From Octopus vulgaris (lineage: Eukaryota), in NCBI GenBank assembly GCA_951406725.2, contig OX597814.1, forward strand, positions 173,972,001 through 174,036,000: a stretch of 64,000 nucleotides of DNA. The letters run 5' to 3'. Numbering within the stretch: position 1 is the stretch's first letter; every line of letters begins with the position of its first letter. Below are positions 26,277 through 39,289 of the stretch, one piece after another. The notes beneath the pieces are model-generated. The model was not told the DNA's origin and did not search any database. It was given only the letters and a program-made list of their open reading frames with translations. Both the position numbers and the translations under genes were made by a program.

Positions 26277-27175
26277 ATGCTAAGCCCTTCAAGGTGGTGC
26301 TTCAGCATGGCCACAGTCTACTAACTGAAACAAAATAAAAGACAAAATGTACATACTTCTATTCAAATTTTACCTGACAGCTTGATTACTCAGACTGTGT
26401 TTACTCAAAATATGCTAACACAGACATCACCTTATTCATCTATGTTGACCTTATCTCAAGCAGATATTTTTGCTTTTCCTCCGAACTCTTTCTAAGCCAG
26501 GTTTCAAAGCCAGTCTAAATTACTTGCATTATCATGTAATGACTTTTTGGAGGTTTTTTTTCTTTTCTTATTTTTTAAAAATATTTTATTGCATTGAATG
26601 CATTGGCTGGGTGAATGAGGGCCGGGAATCTTCTTATTAACAATGTCATAACTACTTATTTGAAATTAGAAAGAAATGAAAAAAACACAAAGCAATATGA
26701 GTGACATGTTAAATAATAGAAATCTCTAAGATTATCTCATAAATATTTCACACTGGATTAGAGATTTTATGGAGGATTATCTTGATTTTATTAATAGAAC
26801 ACTGCACTTTAATCCTGTCTGCTTTATTTTTTTTTGAGAATTTTTTTTTTGAGAATTTTTTTTTTTTGAGAATTTTTTTGTGATGAGCTGGCAGAATCAA
26901 TTGAGTGTCAAAAGAAATGCCTTGCAGTATTTCTTCCAATTCTTTTATGTTCTAAGTTCAAAGACAGATTTGACCAAGGTCAAATCTTCCTTTCATTAAT
27001 CCAGTTTCAGTAAAAGCAAAATTTAGTTGCTGGAACCACTAGTATTGACCAACCTCTCCTCGCAAAATTGCTGGCCTTGTGCCTAAATTAGAAACCATTA
27101 TTATAATTGTTGCTGTTGTTTATTTTCATAAATGATTCCGTTCATATCTTCCTTGGTTTTCTTCTTCCGTGTAAA

Positions 27176-27548
27176 AAACACCATTCGTGTGTGATCATTA
27201 CCTGCGTCACCTTACTGGCACTTGTGCTGGTGGCATGTGAAAAAAACATTCGAGCATGGTCATTGCCAGTTCCGCTAGACTGGCTCCTTCTAGGTGGCAC
27301 ATAAAAAGCACCATTTAAGCATGGCCGTTGCCAGTACCGCCTGACTGGCCCTCGTGCCGGTGGCATGTAAAAGCACCCACTACACTCTCAGAGTGGTTGA
27401 CATTAGGAAGGGCATCCAGCTGTAGAAACTCTGCCAGATCAGATTGGAATCTGGTGCAGCCATCTGGTGCAGCCATCTGGTTTGTCAGACCTCAGTCAAA
27501 TCTTCCAACCCATGCTAGCATGGAAAGCAGACGTTAAATGATGATGAT
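27176..27548 (+). mobile_element. RTE 3'-tail copy
   Basis: Same family; internal 14-bp duplication tctggtgcagcca. Confidence 0.85.
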
Positions 27549-28022
27549 TGATTTCTTCCACATGAATTTTCTGAATCTTCTTTAACCACCTGTCATCATC
27601 CATAAGCTATCAACACACAGAAAAAGCATGCTTAATATTGTAAATCTCTTCCATTTTAAGGGAAGTGTGATTTAATATTGAAACTGTGGTGTATTCTATA
27701 TTTTTGTAACCTGTTAATTAGATACAGTTCTACAAGTAAGATATTGGACTACCTACCAGTGGGTCATGAGTTGAAATCTGTTGGTAAATATACAGCCAAT
27801 AGCATTGATATTTTTGCTAAAAATCTAAATGAGATCTGTTGATAGATCTTATTTTGTCTACAGCTACTGCATTGTTTCCTCTTGTAAGGTAGAATACAGC
27901 ATTTACCTCAGTCATTGCAACTAAAAATAGGGTGTTACCCCTGTGCTATTCCTGTTCTGCAATCAAGGGATTAGTAGAAGGAAAGGTGTGTAGTTGTCAA
28001 ATTACTTGCACCAGGAGTTTAA

Positions 28023-28243
28023 CCCTTTAGCAATTAAACCGGCCATATCCGGCCAAGAGTATTCTGCCTATTCTATGCTCAAACTGGCCAGATCTGGTCT
28101 CTTACACCAGCCCTACAATATCGTTTTAAAAATTAACAGCTACCTCATCAAAATCTCATAGCACCAAGATAATGCCTGATTAGTTCAAGGCAATGTGGAT
28201 AAAAAAGGATTAATTTTGGCAGAATAATGTGAACACTAAAGGG
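28023..28243. mobile_element. piggyBac-type MITE P2
   Basis: TTAA|ccctttag ... ctaaaggg|TTAA. Confidence 0.85.
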
Positions 28244-28758
28244 TTAAATATAAATATGCAAAAGCCAGCTCAACTCAATGCTGACATAGTAAAAAAATTT
28301 ATGTGAAAAAAATGTGGAACAATCAAAGAAGTGAAATATTTTTAGTTCAAAATTGTACTTTTTTAAAAAAAAGTTAGCAAAAAGGTCCCATTTGAAAAGA
28401 AAACAACAAGAACTAAACTGTTTATCTATTACTGGTACTTATATTTTAAGAACCACTTAATGATTGATATCCTGTTTCTGTTATCCCTAGTCTCTTGCCT
28501 CCCATTTAACAATAATCATATTCATTTGGGTCATTCTTTCTATAGGATCCAGGCCTCTGGGGGTGCTTCAGTTGTGATTGCTATTAATATTCTATTTTTT
28601 AAATTTTACATCAATTTTCCCTACATACACATGGAGAGAGAAAAAAAAAAAAGACATGGAACAATTAAAGTATTTATATATTTCTAGCTGGCTTTGTATA
28701 GCCTGTGAGTAATTTGCACACACTCAACTAAATGAAGGCTAGTGAAGTATGGCACTCA

Positions 28759-29938
28759 TCTTACTATAATGGGCATTATATCCGTCCGTCTGTCTGTGTT
28801 GTCTTCCTCATGGCCAAATGGCTGGACCAATGGTCATGATGTTTTTTGGAATTATGAAGGAGGTAGTCAGGAAGGTTTTTGATGAAAAAAAATTGTGAAA
28901 AAGTATGACTATTTAGTGGATATTTAGGGTAATTGTTCAGTTTATGAGCGTAAAAAAAAGTGAATAAAAATTAATGGGGAGATACCTTATAAAAGAAGCA
29001 AAGGGAAGTCAACTTCTTACTATAATAAGCATTATGTCCGTCTGTCTGTTCCCTTTTCATGGTCAAACGGCTGGACCAATGGTCACAATGTTTTACAAGA
29101 TCATGAAGGAGGTAATCAGGAAAAAATGTGAAGAAGTATGATTATTTAGTGGATATTGAGTTTGTCTTTTTTTTTTCTTGTTAAAATTCTGGTGATGAGA
29201 ATTAACTCTGGATCCTCCCCAACCCCGTATAGTTTGTGAATTTAGAGGGTTTAGATTTGCAATAATATCCCTTTATTTCCCATCATAGATGGGTAGATTC
29301 CTAAAGAATGAGCAGATTCACAGCAAACAAGGCACAGGGCCAGACTTTTGACCATGTAGGTGTATTTTTACCCACTCTGATGTTTACACCTGGCTAGTTA
29401 TACGTCGCTATGAGTAGAGCAACAGACTCCAGTAATTTGAAAATTAGTGTCGACCAAACAGAAAATATCATCTACAAAGAAGTTTTGTAATCATATTGGA
29501 TATTATCAAAAGGAATGTGATTCATAATTTAATTTAGGAAATTTGTGGCTTTTGAATGTATAAGAGTATAAACAAGCATAAAATAGTGTAAACAACTAAA
29601 ATAAAAGTATATCTAAATAACATTTTTTTCTTAATACTTTTTATGTAGTGGTCAAAGGAAGGTCTGGCTTTCGTTAGGAACGATCCTCATAACTATTCAT
29701 GATACAGAGGCTGGGAGCCTATTTCAGTTCAGGAGTGAATCGTCATCACACGTCATTTAGTCACAAACACACATCATATAGCTGCAACAGAACGCTGTAT
29801 CCCCAACAATAATGTGATTTCTCTAAGACATCTCCCAGTAACCTATCAAACCCCATTTACACATTTCTCAATACATACTGCTGTTATGACTTCCCTCCCT
29901 CATTTTATGCCTCAATCGTAGATGGGTAGATTTGTTAG
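28759..29938 (+). mobile_element. Composite non-autonomous Helitron
   Basis: A|TCTTACTATAAT..gtccgtctgtctgt 5' end, repeated at about 29014. 3' hairpin CCCATC-ata-GATGGG at about 29279, with a decayed copy at about 29911 followed by ..gTTAG|T. No TSD; A/T insertion site. Confidence 0.65.
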
Positions 29939-30488
29939 TATATTTAATTTGGCACACTTTATGTAATAGTTAAGTTAGTATTATTAGACTATATTTAGAA
30001 GGCTGACAAAAATTAATCATGTAGTGAGAAAAAAAAAAAACAAAGACCATTATTATTTTAATTATTCATTGTTTTTGTTTAACACCCATTTATTTCCTCA
30101 TTCCAGTGTAAGCTGGACAGGAACTTAGTTGATTAAGGGTAACATTTCACTACCAGATGCTCTTACTGTCATCATGCCAAGTAATCATCAGTCATCAAGT
30201 TAACAAGGAATGGAAACATCATGTCACCATTTTGTTCAGTTTGATAACAGCAAAGCTGTGTAATATCAAATATTGACATACATATGTGTGTGAGCACGCA
30301 CGCACACACACACATACACACACATGATGTGCTTCTATTCAGTTTTTGTTTTACAATTCCACTCACAAAGCATTGATCAGCCAGGGGCTATAATAGACAC
30401 ATGTCCAAGATGCTGCACTGTGGGATTGACCTTGAAACCATGTGGTTGAAAAGCAAACATTTTAATTACATAGCCATTTTTGTATCTA

Positions 30489-30966
30489 CCATAAGTCCTC
30501 GAGTATAATCCGCATTTTTTCCCCAAAATTTAAAGGTCAAAATCCCTAGTGCGTACTATATACGAGGTTAAAAATGAAAATTATTTTCTAAGCAATGTCC
30601 GAGTCTCTATTTTCTGTCTGGCAATGTTTATTCAGACGCATTTTGTGATGTTGGGCACGAAAATACCTTAAATCATCCATAACTTGCAGTAAGCAACATT
30701 TATTAAATGTTATTACTGTTATTTCTTTATTTTCTGCAAATAAAATGCACAAAAAAGCTACCCGTTTGCATTATGTTATATATATAATAATAATAAAGGA
30801 CATTACCGTATACATTTTTACAAACCAAGGACGTTATATAGACCTCCTTGACTCAAGTTAGAGAAGGGGTGTGTATTATACACAAGGTTTAGGTTTTTCA
30901 GAGGTACAGCCCCCTAAAAATCCCCTACGTTATACTCAAGGGTGGACTGTACTCGAGGATTTATGG
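30489..30966. mobile_element. pogo/Tigger-type MITE, TA TSD
   Basis: TA|ccataagtcctcgagtataatccgc ... gtggactgtactcgaggatttatgg|TA. Confidence 0.85.
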
Positions 30967-31403
30967 TAGTTTAATTATTTCAACCATTATGGGGCACAAC
31001 TGTGTGCATGTTTCTGTAACATTAACTAGGTTGCTTTCCTCAGTCTGATTCTCTTTACACAGGTCGGGAATGATTGTCTTTGATAGTTTTATAGGCAGAT
31101 GACAGCTTGGTTCTTAGAATAGAATTTGTTGACAAGTTAGAAAAAGTTCCACACTTGGAAGCACGATCTAATGTTTGAATTTTCAAAGGTCAACTTGTTA
31201 AAGACCAAAGCGCCAGTTACCAACAGCAAGCACTCAATCATAGTGACATCTGGGAAGCAGTCTTGATTTGTGTGTAGGAAGAGAATAGGTGATAACTTGA
31301 TACATTTTACCCAAAAGGTGCAGTAGGATCTTTGACAGGCTGATAGGTGTAAAAGATATACAGAAGTGGTTAGCAGTAGGAAAACCCATAAAATATTATC
31401 TAT

Positions 31404-31567
31404 AGGCGCAGGAGTGGCTGTGTGGTAAGTAGCTTGCTTACCAACCACATGGTTCTGGGTTCAGTCCCACTGCGTGGCGTCTTGGGCGAGTGTCTTCTAC
31501 TATAGCCTCGGGCCGACCAAAGCCTTGTGAGTGGATTTGGTAGACGGAAACTGAAAGAAACCTGTCG

Positions 31568-31606
<39 letters not shown>

Positions 31607-31820
31607 ATGTTTGTGTGTCTGTGTTTGTCCCCCCTAGCATTGCTTGATAACCGATGCTGGTGTGTTTACATCCCTGTCACTTAGCGGTTCGGCAAAAGAG
31701 ACCGATAGAATAAGTACTGGGCTTAAAAAGAATAAGTCCTGGGGTCGATTTGCTTGACTAAAGGCGGTGCTCCAGCATGGCCGGAGTCAAATGACTGAAA
31801 CAAGTAAAATAGTAAAGAGT
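31404..31820 (+). mobile_element. SINE family A (young, CpG-retaining)
   Basis: Full length; tataggc at both ends. Confidence 0.9.
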
Positions 31821-32896
31821 ATAGGCTAACTTCAGTGATGTGTTAAAAGTAATGGATCCACTGAGGGAGCCTTTGAGGTCACTCAGTCTGCTAAACTTCC
31901 CTCAAATTGAAACCCTACTTCTTTGTCTTGTTTTATCACAGTTCCTATGTATGGGAGTTTTAATATATCTTTCACATTTTTTATAAGCCTTAAATCTAAT
32001 CTACTTTATCACATAATTTTTTTTTTGTCAAAAGTAATATCTGGCCTATTATAGTTTTTTTTTCAAAAGCAATGTATTTATGTGACTCATTGTAGTTTTT
32101 AATATAGTTTTTTTTTTTTTTTCAAAAGCAATATGTTCATCTGATATGATATATTTATCTGATGCAAAAATCAATATATTTTTCTGATACAGTATAATTC
32201 CTGCTCATACAACCATGCATTAATACTGATAGCACTTAAACTAAAAAAAAAATATTTTGTTTGGTTTCTCCAAATGTTTGTAAACAATTGTTCAATAAAA
32301 TAGATAGTTATAAGTTAGTGGTGTTGCCATAGCATATAACGAAATATTTTAAATGCCTAACTTAGTTTTAAATTCTGTAAATATTAGCCTAGAACAGTCA
32401 TAGGCATATTGTGGATCACTAGACTTTCTGCATCACATGTCTAATCAAAAAATTGTTTTGATAATGAGCCGTGTCTTATGTAGCCTACTTATAAAAGTTA
32501 CCCATGCCTAGCCTAGAAGGTTGGTTAGTATTTTATATTATTTAGTTGGTTAAAGAGAGGTAGATTAGTGGTAAGATCAGTATAGCTGATGCTTAGTGAA
32601 AGTTACTGTCTGTACAAAGAGAGAGGTTTGCAGAGAGCTACAGATCTTGGGAGGATTGATTGGGTAAAATATCTAGTGTTAGGAGTGAGAGGCCTGAAAC
32701 AAGAGGAACAACAAGAAAACTACCATATTTTCTGGCATACAAGATGCATCCCTACTTTACAAATATATTTTGTGAAAAATCAAATTTGATGTTTCATCAT
32801 ACACTCATAAACTTAATAAGCCACCTGTAATACAACCACATTAGAAACAGCAATTTTTTAAATTCCATTTAAGAATAAAAAAAAAAACTTTACATA

Positions 32897-33254
32897 GGTG
32901 CAGGAGTGGCTGTGTGGTAAGTAGCTTGCTTACCAACCACATGGTTCTGGGTTCAGTCCCACTGCGTGGCACCTTGGGCGAGTGTCTTCTACTATAGCCT
33001 TGGGTCGACCAAAGCCTTATGAGTGGACTTGGTAGTCAGAAACTGAAAGAAGCCCGTTGTGTATACGTATATGTATATATATGTGTTTGTGTGTCTATGT
33101 TTGTCCCTGTAACTTAGCGGTTCGGCAAAAGAGACCAATAGAATAAGTACTAGGCTTACAAAGAATAAGTCCTGGGGGTGATTTGCTCGACTAAAGGCGG
33201 TGCTCAAGCATGGCCGCAGTCAAATGACTGAAACAAGTAAAAGAGTAAAGAGAG
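32897..33254 (+). mobile_element. SINE family A (internal deletion)
   Basis: Homolog of the other copies. Confidence 0.9.
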
Positions 33255-33420
33255 TATACTTTTTAAAAGTGTGATTTGAGAAAGATTTGACTGATATTTT
33301 TAACAGATCAAGAAGCTACATAAAGGTTCTCTCTTTGGCATATAAAAGGGTGGGGTGAGTGCACCGGGTGTGGGGCAGAGAGGTGGTATGTAACATGCTA
33401 ATTCAGAAATGTAAAGACTG

Positions 33421-33497
33421 ATGTTGCCATCAAAGAAAAGGCAGAGAGCAATAGAAGAAACAATGCGCTTCTCTGAGCTTATGATTATTGCATGCTG
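33421..33497 (+). CDS. Candidate alternative first coding exon of the EVI5-like gene
   Basis: ATG..MLPSKKRQRAIEETMRFSELMIIAC TG|gtgagt: strong phase-2 donor matching the acceptor at 37172. TATAAAA at 33341. Confidence 0.25.
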
Positions 33498-34689
33498 GTG
33501 AGTGGATCTTTGCCAATAAACCTGCTGGCCTTGGCCTTTTTCTCATTCTTCTGAATGCTATCTAAGAGCTGTATGTGTTTTAAACATCAACCAGCACTAT
33601 CTCAGATATATGAGCAATGTTCCAAAAAAGTTGTGTTTTGTCAAAGGTCAGAACAGAAATCTTTTCTGACCCTGAAAAGGAAGCTTAATTTTGGATATGA
33701 GACTTGGCTTCATACCATCTGAAAAGTACTAATGATATTAATAATCCTTTCTCCTATAGGCACAAGGCCTGAAATTTGTGGGGAGAGGACAAGTCAATTA
33801 CATTGACCCGAGTGTTTCACTAGTACTTAATTTATCAACCCCAAAAGGTTGAATCGCAAAGTCAACCACGATGAAATTTGAACTCAGAACATAGCGACCT
33901 GGCATGCTAACGATCCTGCCAGCTTGCCACCTTAATAATGATACTAATAATGACAGTATATTTAGCAATATAATGTAACAATATGAAGGATGAAATTAAG
34001 TAATGTTATGACCAAATAAGTTTACTCATCATCAGTACAACCATTGTATGGTGTGATCCAGGATGTTCAGATGCATCTCACCATGTAAGGTCATTTTTAA
34101 CCATTAATCACACCTACTTCATTGTCTGTGGTGTATTGGGTGGTGGAGTGTATTTTGCACCAGATATTTTAATGGATGAAAGCAGAGTAAAATGATTATA
34201 AGTAAATATGAAAACAAAGGAAGGTAAAACTAATTGAATTTAACCAATATTGACTTAACACTTAGCTGATCTGGTGACAACAAACAAAATGTTGTCAGCT
34301 GCTTGTGAATATGACTTCCCAGTGCAACTATCTTGAGTGTGTGTGTATGTGTGTGTGTACCTGTGCATGCATGGGTGTGGAGGACATACTGTACCCATCA
34401 CCCTTTTCAAACCACCTGTGAGTAGGAGGAAAAATGAGAAATATATTCTCTAACTAGAGACTGGATCCAAATGTTTGCAGTAGAATGGTAGCTGCTGAAT
34501 GGACCCAAGGGCTTGGTAGCAGGGTTAAACCTGGCAACATCTTAAGTCAGCTATAAAAGAAAGCTGTCTTAGGAATGCCCTGGCTGACTGAAAGTGATTT
34601 CACTTGCTCTAAATGCCATATGATATATTTTACTTGAAGGCTGGCAGCAACAAAAGTGGGTGTGCTTAAACTTGTGCCTCAAATATATA

Positions 34690-34915
34690 TTTCTTTACTA
34701 CCCATAAGGGGCTAAACACAGAGGGGACAAACAAGGACAGACAAATGGATTAAGTCGATTGTATCAACCCCAGTGCATAACTGGTACTTAATTTATCGAC
34801 CCCGAAAGGATGAAAGGCAAAGTCAACCTCGGCGGAATTTGAACCCAGAACGTAACAGCAGACGAAATACGGCTACGCATTTTGCCCGGCATACTAACGT
34901 TTCTGCGAGCTCGCC
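34690..34915 (-). mobile_element. SINE family B
   Basis: Reverse-complement homolog. Confidence 0.9.
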
Positions 34916-35488
34916 GAGAAGTTGAATACTTGGGCTAAATAAAATAATTTGATTTTCTGTACTTGTTTCTCATCACAACTTTACAGCCATTAGCTCATAT
35001 AGCATGCTGGTTATTATGTCTCTTCTTCTCATCCTTAATGTCTCTCAAACTTCTCAAACCCAACACTAAATATTTTCCCCTAGTTATTCCTTGCCGGTAC
35101 TGTAACTTGTATAATTCCCTTCTTGACCACATTTCTCATATAAAATCACTTGAATGTCACCATCATTGATGTCATCAGTCTAAAGGCCATGGGTGCTGCC
35201 CCTGTTCCACTAACTAAATAAAGTAATATTTGAGTAGTGATTTCACTCAATAAAAATCACCTAGGTAACCTTACAAGCTAAAGATAGCATAAATATGTGA
35301 ATGGAAATGAATGCTAATGCATTGTGTATCAGTATTGGGGATAGGACAATTAAACCATTTATTGCAGTTAATAAGAAAATTTGAAAAGTTGAATGTTTGT
35401 GTAATGATGGGCTTTAACTTGTCTGTGGAGCAAGTTTATAACACATAGTATTCCAGTATATGGCCATTCTGACTTCAATTCTGACATA

Positions 35489-35845
35489 GGCGCAGGAGTG
35501 GCTGTGTGGTAAGTAGCTTGCTTACCAACCACATGGTTCCGGGTTCAGTCCCACAGCGTGGCACCTTTGGCAAGTGTCTTCTACTATGGCCTCAGGCCAA
35601 CCAAAGCCTTGTGAGTGGATTTGGTAGACAGAAACTGAAAAGAAGCCCATCGTATATATGTATATATATGTATGTGTTTGTGTGTCTATGTTTGTCTCCT
35701 CACCATCGCTTGACAACTGATGCTAGTGTATTTACATCCCCGTTTGGCAAAACTGCTAAGTCCTGGGGTCGATTTGCTTGACTAAAGGCGGTGCTCCAGC
35801 ATGGCCGCAGTCAAATGACTGAAACAAGTAAAATAGTAAAAGAGT
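35489..35845 (+). mobile_element. SINE family A
   Basis: Homolog of the other copies. Confidence 0.9.
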
Positions 35846-36124
35846 AATCTATCCAAAACTGCATTGTTCTGTATGTCCTTTGTTTACAATATTAGGGTAG
35901 GGTTTGATCAAAATTTGATTTCTAATTGTATAGGGGAGATAGATATAAATAATATTGTTTATTTTTCCATTTGTTTTAAATCAATTTTTAAATTACAACA
36001 CATTTTGAATGGTTTTCATAAACTTTCTTATTTGTATACTGTTGAGGTAGGTAATTGTTTACAATCATTTAAACAATCAAGGAATGTGTGTCCTGTCTGT
36101 CATTCAGGTTGGGTCTCACTATAA

Positions 36125-36590
36125 CCCTTTAGTTACTCTGTTTCTGTTAAAATACTCTGAATTTATTTAAATTAATTTTGAAAATAAGGCAGAATTTAGT
36201 AGAATAACTTCTGTCATTATGAAGATGGTGTTTAGAACAAAAATTAACATGGAATTCAATTTAGATCACTTTAAATTTAGATCACTTTAGCCCTTTAGTG
36301 TTTAAGCTGGCCATATCCAGCTCAAATATTCCAGATGTTTTACGTTCAAACTTGTGAAATTCATCCTCTTACACCTACTCTACAATATCATTCTGAAACT
36401 AAACTAACACACCACTGAAATCTCAAAACTGCAAGATAATGCATGATAACTGCAAGATAATGCATGATTAATTCAAAACAATCAATAAATAAGCGGTACT
36501 TTTGACAGTAATCTGAATGCTAAAGTGTTAAAATAAACAATTTGTATCATAGAATCAGGACTGGTCTCAGGCAGGCTGGTATCAAAAGGG
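36125..36590. mobile_element. Older P1-like MITE with a nested P2 MITE (about 36291-36527)
   Basis: Outer ccctttt..aaaaggg|TTAA; inner ccctttag..ctaaagtg|TTAA. Confidence 0.7.
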
Positions 36591-36880
36591 TTAATATCAA
36601 TAGCAGTTTCAAATGTTATATGAATTCATTCCAGTACAATCTTGTTGTAGATCTGTGTCAGCATATTTGATAAGGATAGCCAAAAGGTATACAAAAAGAA
36701 GTAAAAAGTACAAAGCAGGAGTACAAGTAATTCATTTTACATTGTTAGAAAGAAATGATTCAGCTTTTCAGATTGTAGTTTTTTGTTAAAAAAACTGTTC
36801 CTGGGAATAATCCAGGATTTGGAACCTTACAACCATTGTGCTTCCTTATATTTTATATATTTAATGTGTAACACTTTTAA

Positions 36881-37100
36881 CCCTTTCATTACTGTATTTA
36901 TTTAGAGATGCTCTGTGTTCCTTTCAATTACTTTAAATGTAAAAAAGTATTTAGTAAAATAACTTAGTTATCATTCAGCTAGTGTTAGGAACATAAATTG
37001 TGACTAAAGTTTGGTGGAAGATTTTAATTCAAAACTTATGAAAACAAGACATTTGTACTCAGAGCCAGAGCCGGTTTCAGCTGGGTTGATAATGAAAGAG
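36881..37100. mobile_element. piggyBac-type MITE P1, about 70 bp upstream of the EVI5 exon
   Basis: TTAA|ccctttc ... gaaagag|TTAA. Confidence 0.85.
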
Positions 37101-37171
37101 TTAAGTTATGAATTTAATAATTATATATTTGTTTATATGTATAATAATGTTGTTCTTTTGTCTATTTGTAG

Positions 37172-37323
37172 GAAACTTGAGGCAGATGAAAAATCCCTTA
37201 AGGCTCTACCTAACTATACGGGAACTCCTCCAACCCATTCAAGAAAGGGGTCTGGTTCCAGCTTATTGTCAAATTCCTCACTAAACAGCTACAGTAGTAA
37301 CCATATTGTTGAAGAAGAAATAG
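37172..37323 (+). CDS. EVI5: EVI5-like TBC Rab-GAP coding exon (N-terminal region; phase-2 acceptor, phase-1 donor)
   Basis: Acceptor ttcttttgtctatttgtag|G, donor ATAG|gtgtgt. Encodes KLEADEKSLKALPNYTGTPPTHSRKGSGSSLLSNSSLNSYSSNHIVEEEI, similar to the EVI5 segment 'LLETDSKSLRSV..SRRNSGSSLVSSSS' as I recall it. Splices in frame to 47802. Confidence 0.85.
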
Positions 37324-37914
37324 GTGTGTATATCTTACCTGCTAATCTTATGGTATTAAAATAATAAGCTGTTGTTTTGAAAGCCAACCATATCTCTTTA
37401 AAGTGGCTAAAAGCCAGCATTTTTGCAAGACTGTTTAAAAGGGGGGAAAATAATAATAACAACGAAAGCAAGTACCATAAAGAAAACTCATTGCTTATTG
37501 TTGTTATGTTCCTTTTGCATTCACATCCAGAGATAGCTGGTATTTCCTTGTTACTATGTGTGCCAAATGACAAACCTTTGGTGAGTGATGAGATACTGTA
37601 AGACCCATAAAAACCCTGCTGGCTTTTAAAATCAGTTGTGAAATGATGAGGATGATAGTAGTGATGATTATGTTTATCTGTTGCTATTAACAAAAATATA
37701 AAGAAATACCAAATAGACGAATGTGGGTGCATATATGAGTAATACTGTACGGCTTCAGAGCATAATTTGTCCAAGATGTTTCAGGTAATCTACAACATTA
37801 AGCAAATTTTAGAATGTTCTTCTGTGACCTAACAATGAACAAAGCAATTGTAACTCTTATAAATATACACCTGCAAATAGGTCTAAATATTTTGTGTGTG
37901 TGTATTTCATTATA

Positions 37915-38693
37915 TCAGGTCATCCCATAAGTTCTGTCCAAATTTTAAATAAAGAAAACAAGTGATCAAATGTTATATTTAATTGAAATTTAATCATCAA
38001 TGTACTTTCCCTGATTATCTATGTCTTCCTGCCATCTATTTACAAGCTTTTTAATCCCATCAATGTAAAACTCTTTTGGTTTCAAAACAAAGGGTGAAAT
38101 GAGTGTGTGAGAATGGAAAAAAAGAGCAGATGTCAACTGGGGACTTGTGGTTGGTTTCGAACAATTCATGAGGCACTCGTTTTCCAAGTTTAGGAACCTT
38201 TCTAAGTTGTTGAAGATAACAATAAACAGTTGTATGGTTTGAACTAAGCTTTATTACCAATTCTTCAACTGATAATGCAAGATTTTTTTCAAGTAATGCC
38301 TCAATGAGCTTATCATCAAACTCAACTGGACATCCTGTTCAATCTTCATCTTCAAGGCTCTGAATTTTGCAAACCATCTTCTGCAAGTTCTTTCATTCAA
38401 GCATTCTTTCCCATAAACTGAGTGTATGTTTCGAGTCGCTTCGACTGCAGAGTTTCCTTTTTTGTACTCATAAAGCATTATGTGCCTTTGCTCTTTGGAT
38501 TCTTCCATGTTAGAAAGGGTTTTAATCAAAGAAATTTTAATTCTATTATTCTGTAAAATAATATTCAATTAGTTTAAATGTACTCAAATGCATAAAAATA
38601 ATTTTGAATTCCATCAGACATTCTAAAATACTATTTAATTTCATTCAATTTTAAAAAAAGGTAAAATCAGACAGAACTTATGGGATGACCTGA
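37915..38693 (-). mobile_element. Internally deleted mariner with intact TIRs and TA TSD
   Basis: TA|tcaggtcatcccataagttctgtc ... gacagaacttatgggatgacctga|TA. Remnants RHIMLYEYKKGNSAVEATRNIHSVYG..WFAKFR, GKRVPHEL, FYIDGIKKLVNRWQEDIDNQGKYIDD. Confidence 0.93.
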
Positions 38694-38840
38694 TAGAGGG
38701 TCCGTTAGAAGAGTTTGAAACATTTTGGCAGAACCATTTTGGCTCCATCTATTTGGCATTACTAGTTCAACGGTGACTTATTTGACATTAATGTTTCTCT
38801 CATTCTCTCCCTTCTCCTCCCCTGTCGCTCTCTCTCTCTT

Positions 38841-38887
<47 letters not shown>

Positions 38888-39289
38888 GTGTAAGTATATT
38901 TCTCTTTATATGTATGAGGAGAGAGACAATGTATTTATGTGAATCATGTTCAGCTAATAAATTGTAATGTGTCTCTCCCTCACAGTGTCTGTGTGTGTAA
39001 AGGACTAAGAAAATACCTAGGGACTCACTTTGCATGAAAATCAGATGGTGAAGCTAATACTAATATCTTATTACAGCAACCACAATATTTTAAAATTATA
39101 TGTTACACTCAGTGAAGAGAAAGAATCATTAGCTTAATGGACAGTTCTGGTAACAATAGGTTTAATAAAGGGAAATTAAAATTATAAGGTCAGCAATATA
39201 TATATATATAATATTGCTCACATTATAATTTGTACATATATATATATATATATAAATATATACATACACACGCACACACACATCCAAAA

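Noticed and set aside
26826-26880. Three copies of (T)n-GAGAA
   Set aside because: Simple slippage repeat in a poly-T run.
37011-37364. 117-aa ORF as a whole gene
   Set aside because: Its 5' part is a piggyBac-type MITE and intron; only 37172-37323 is exonic.
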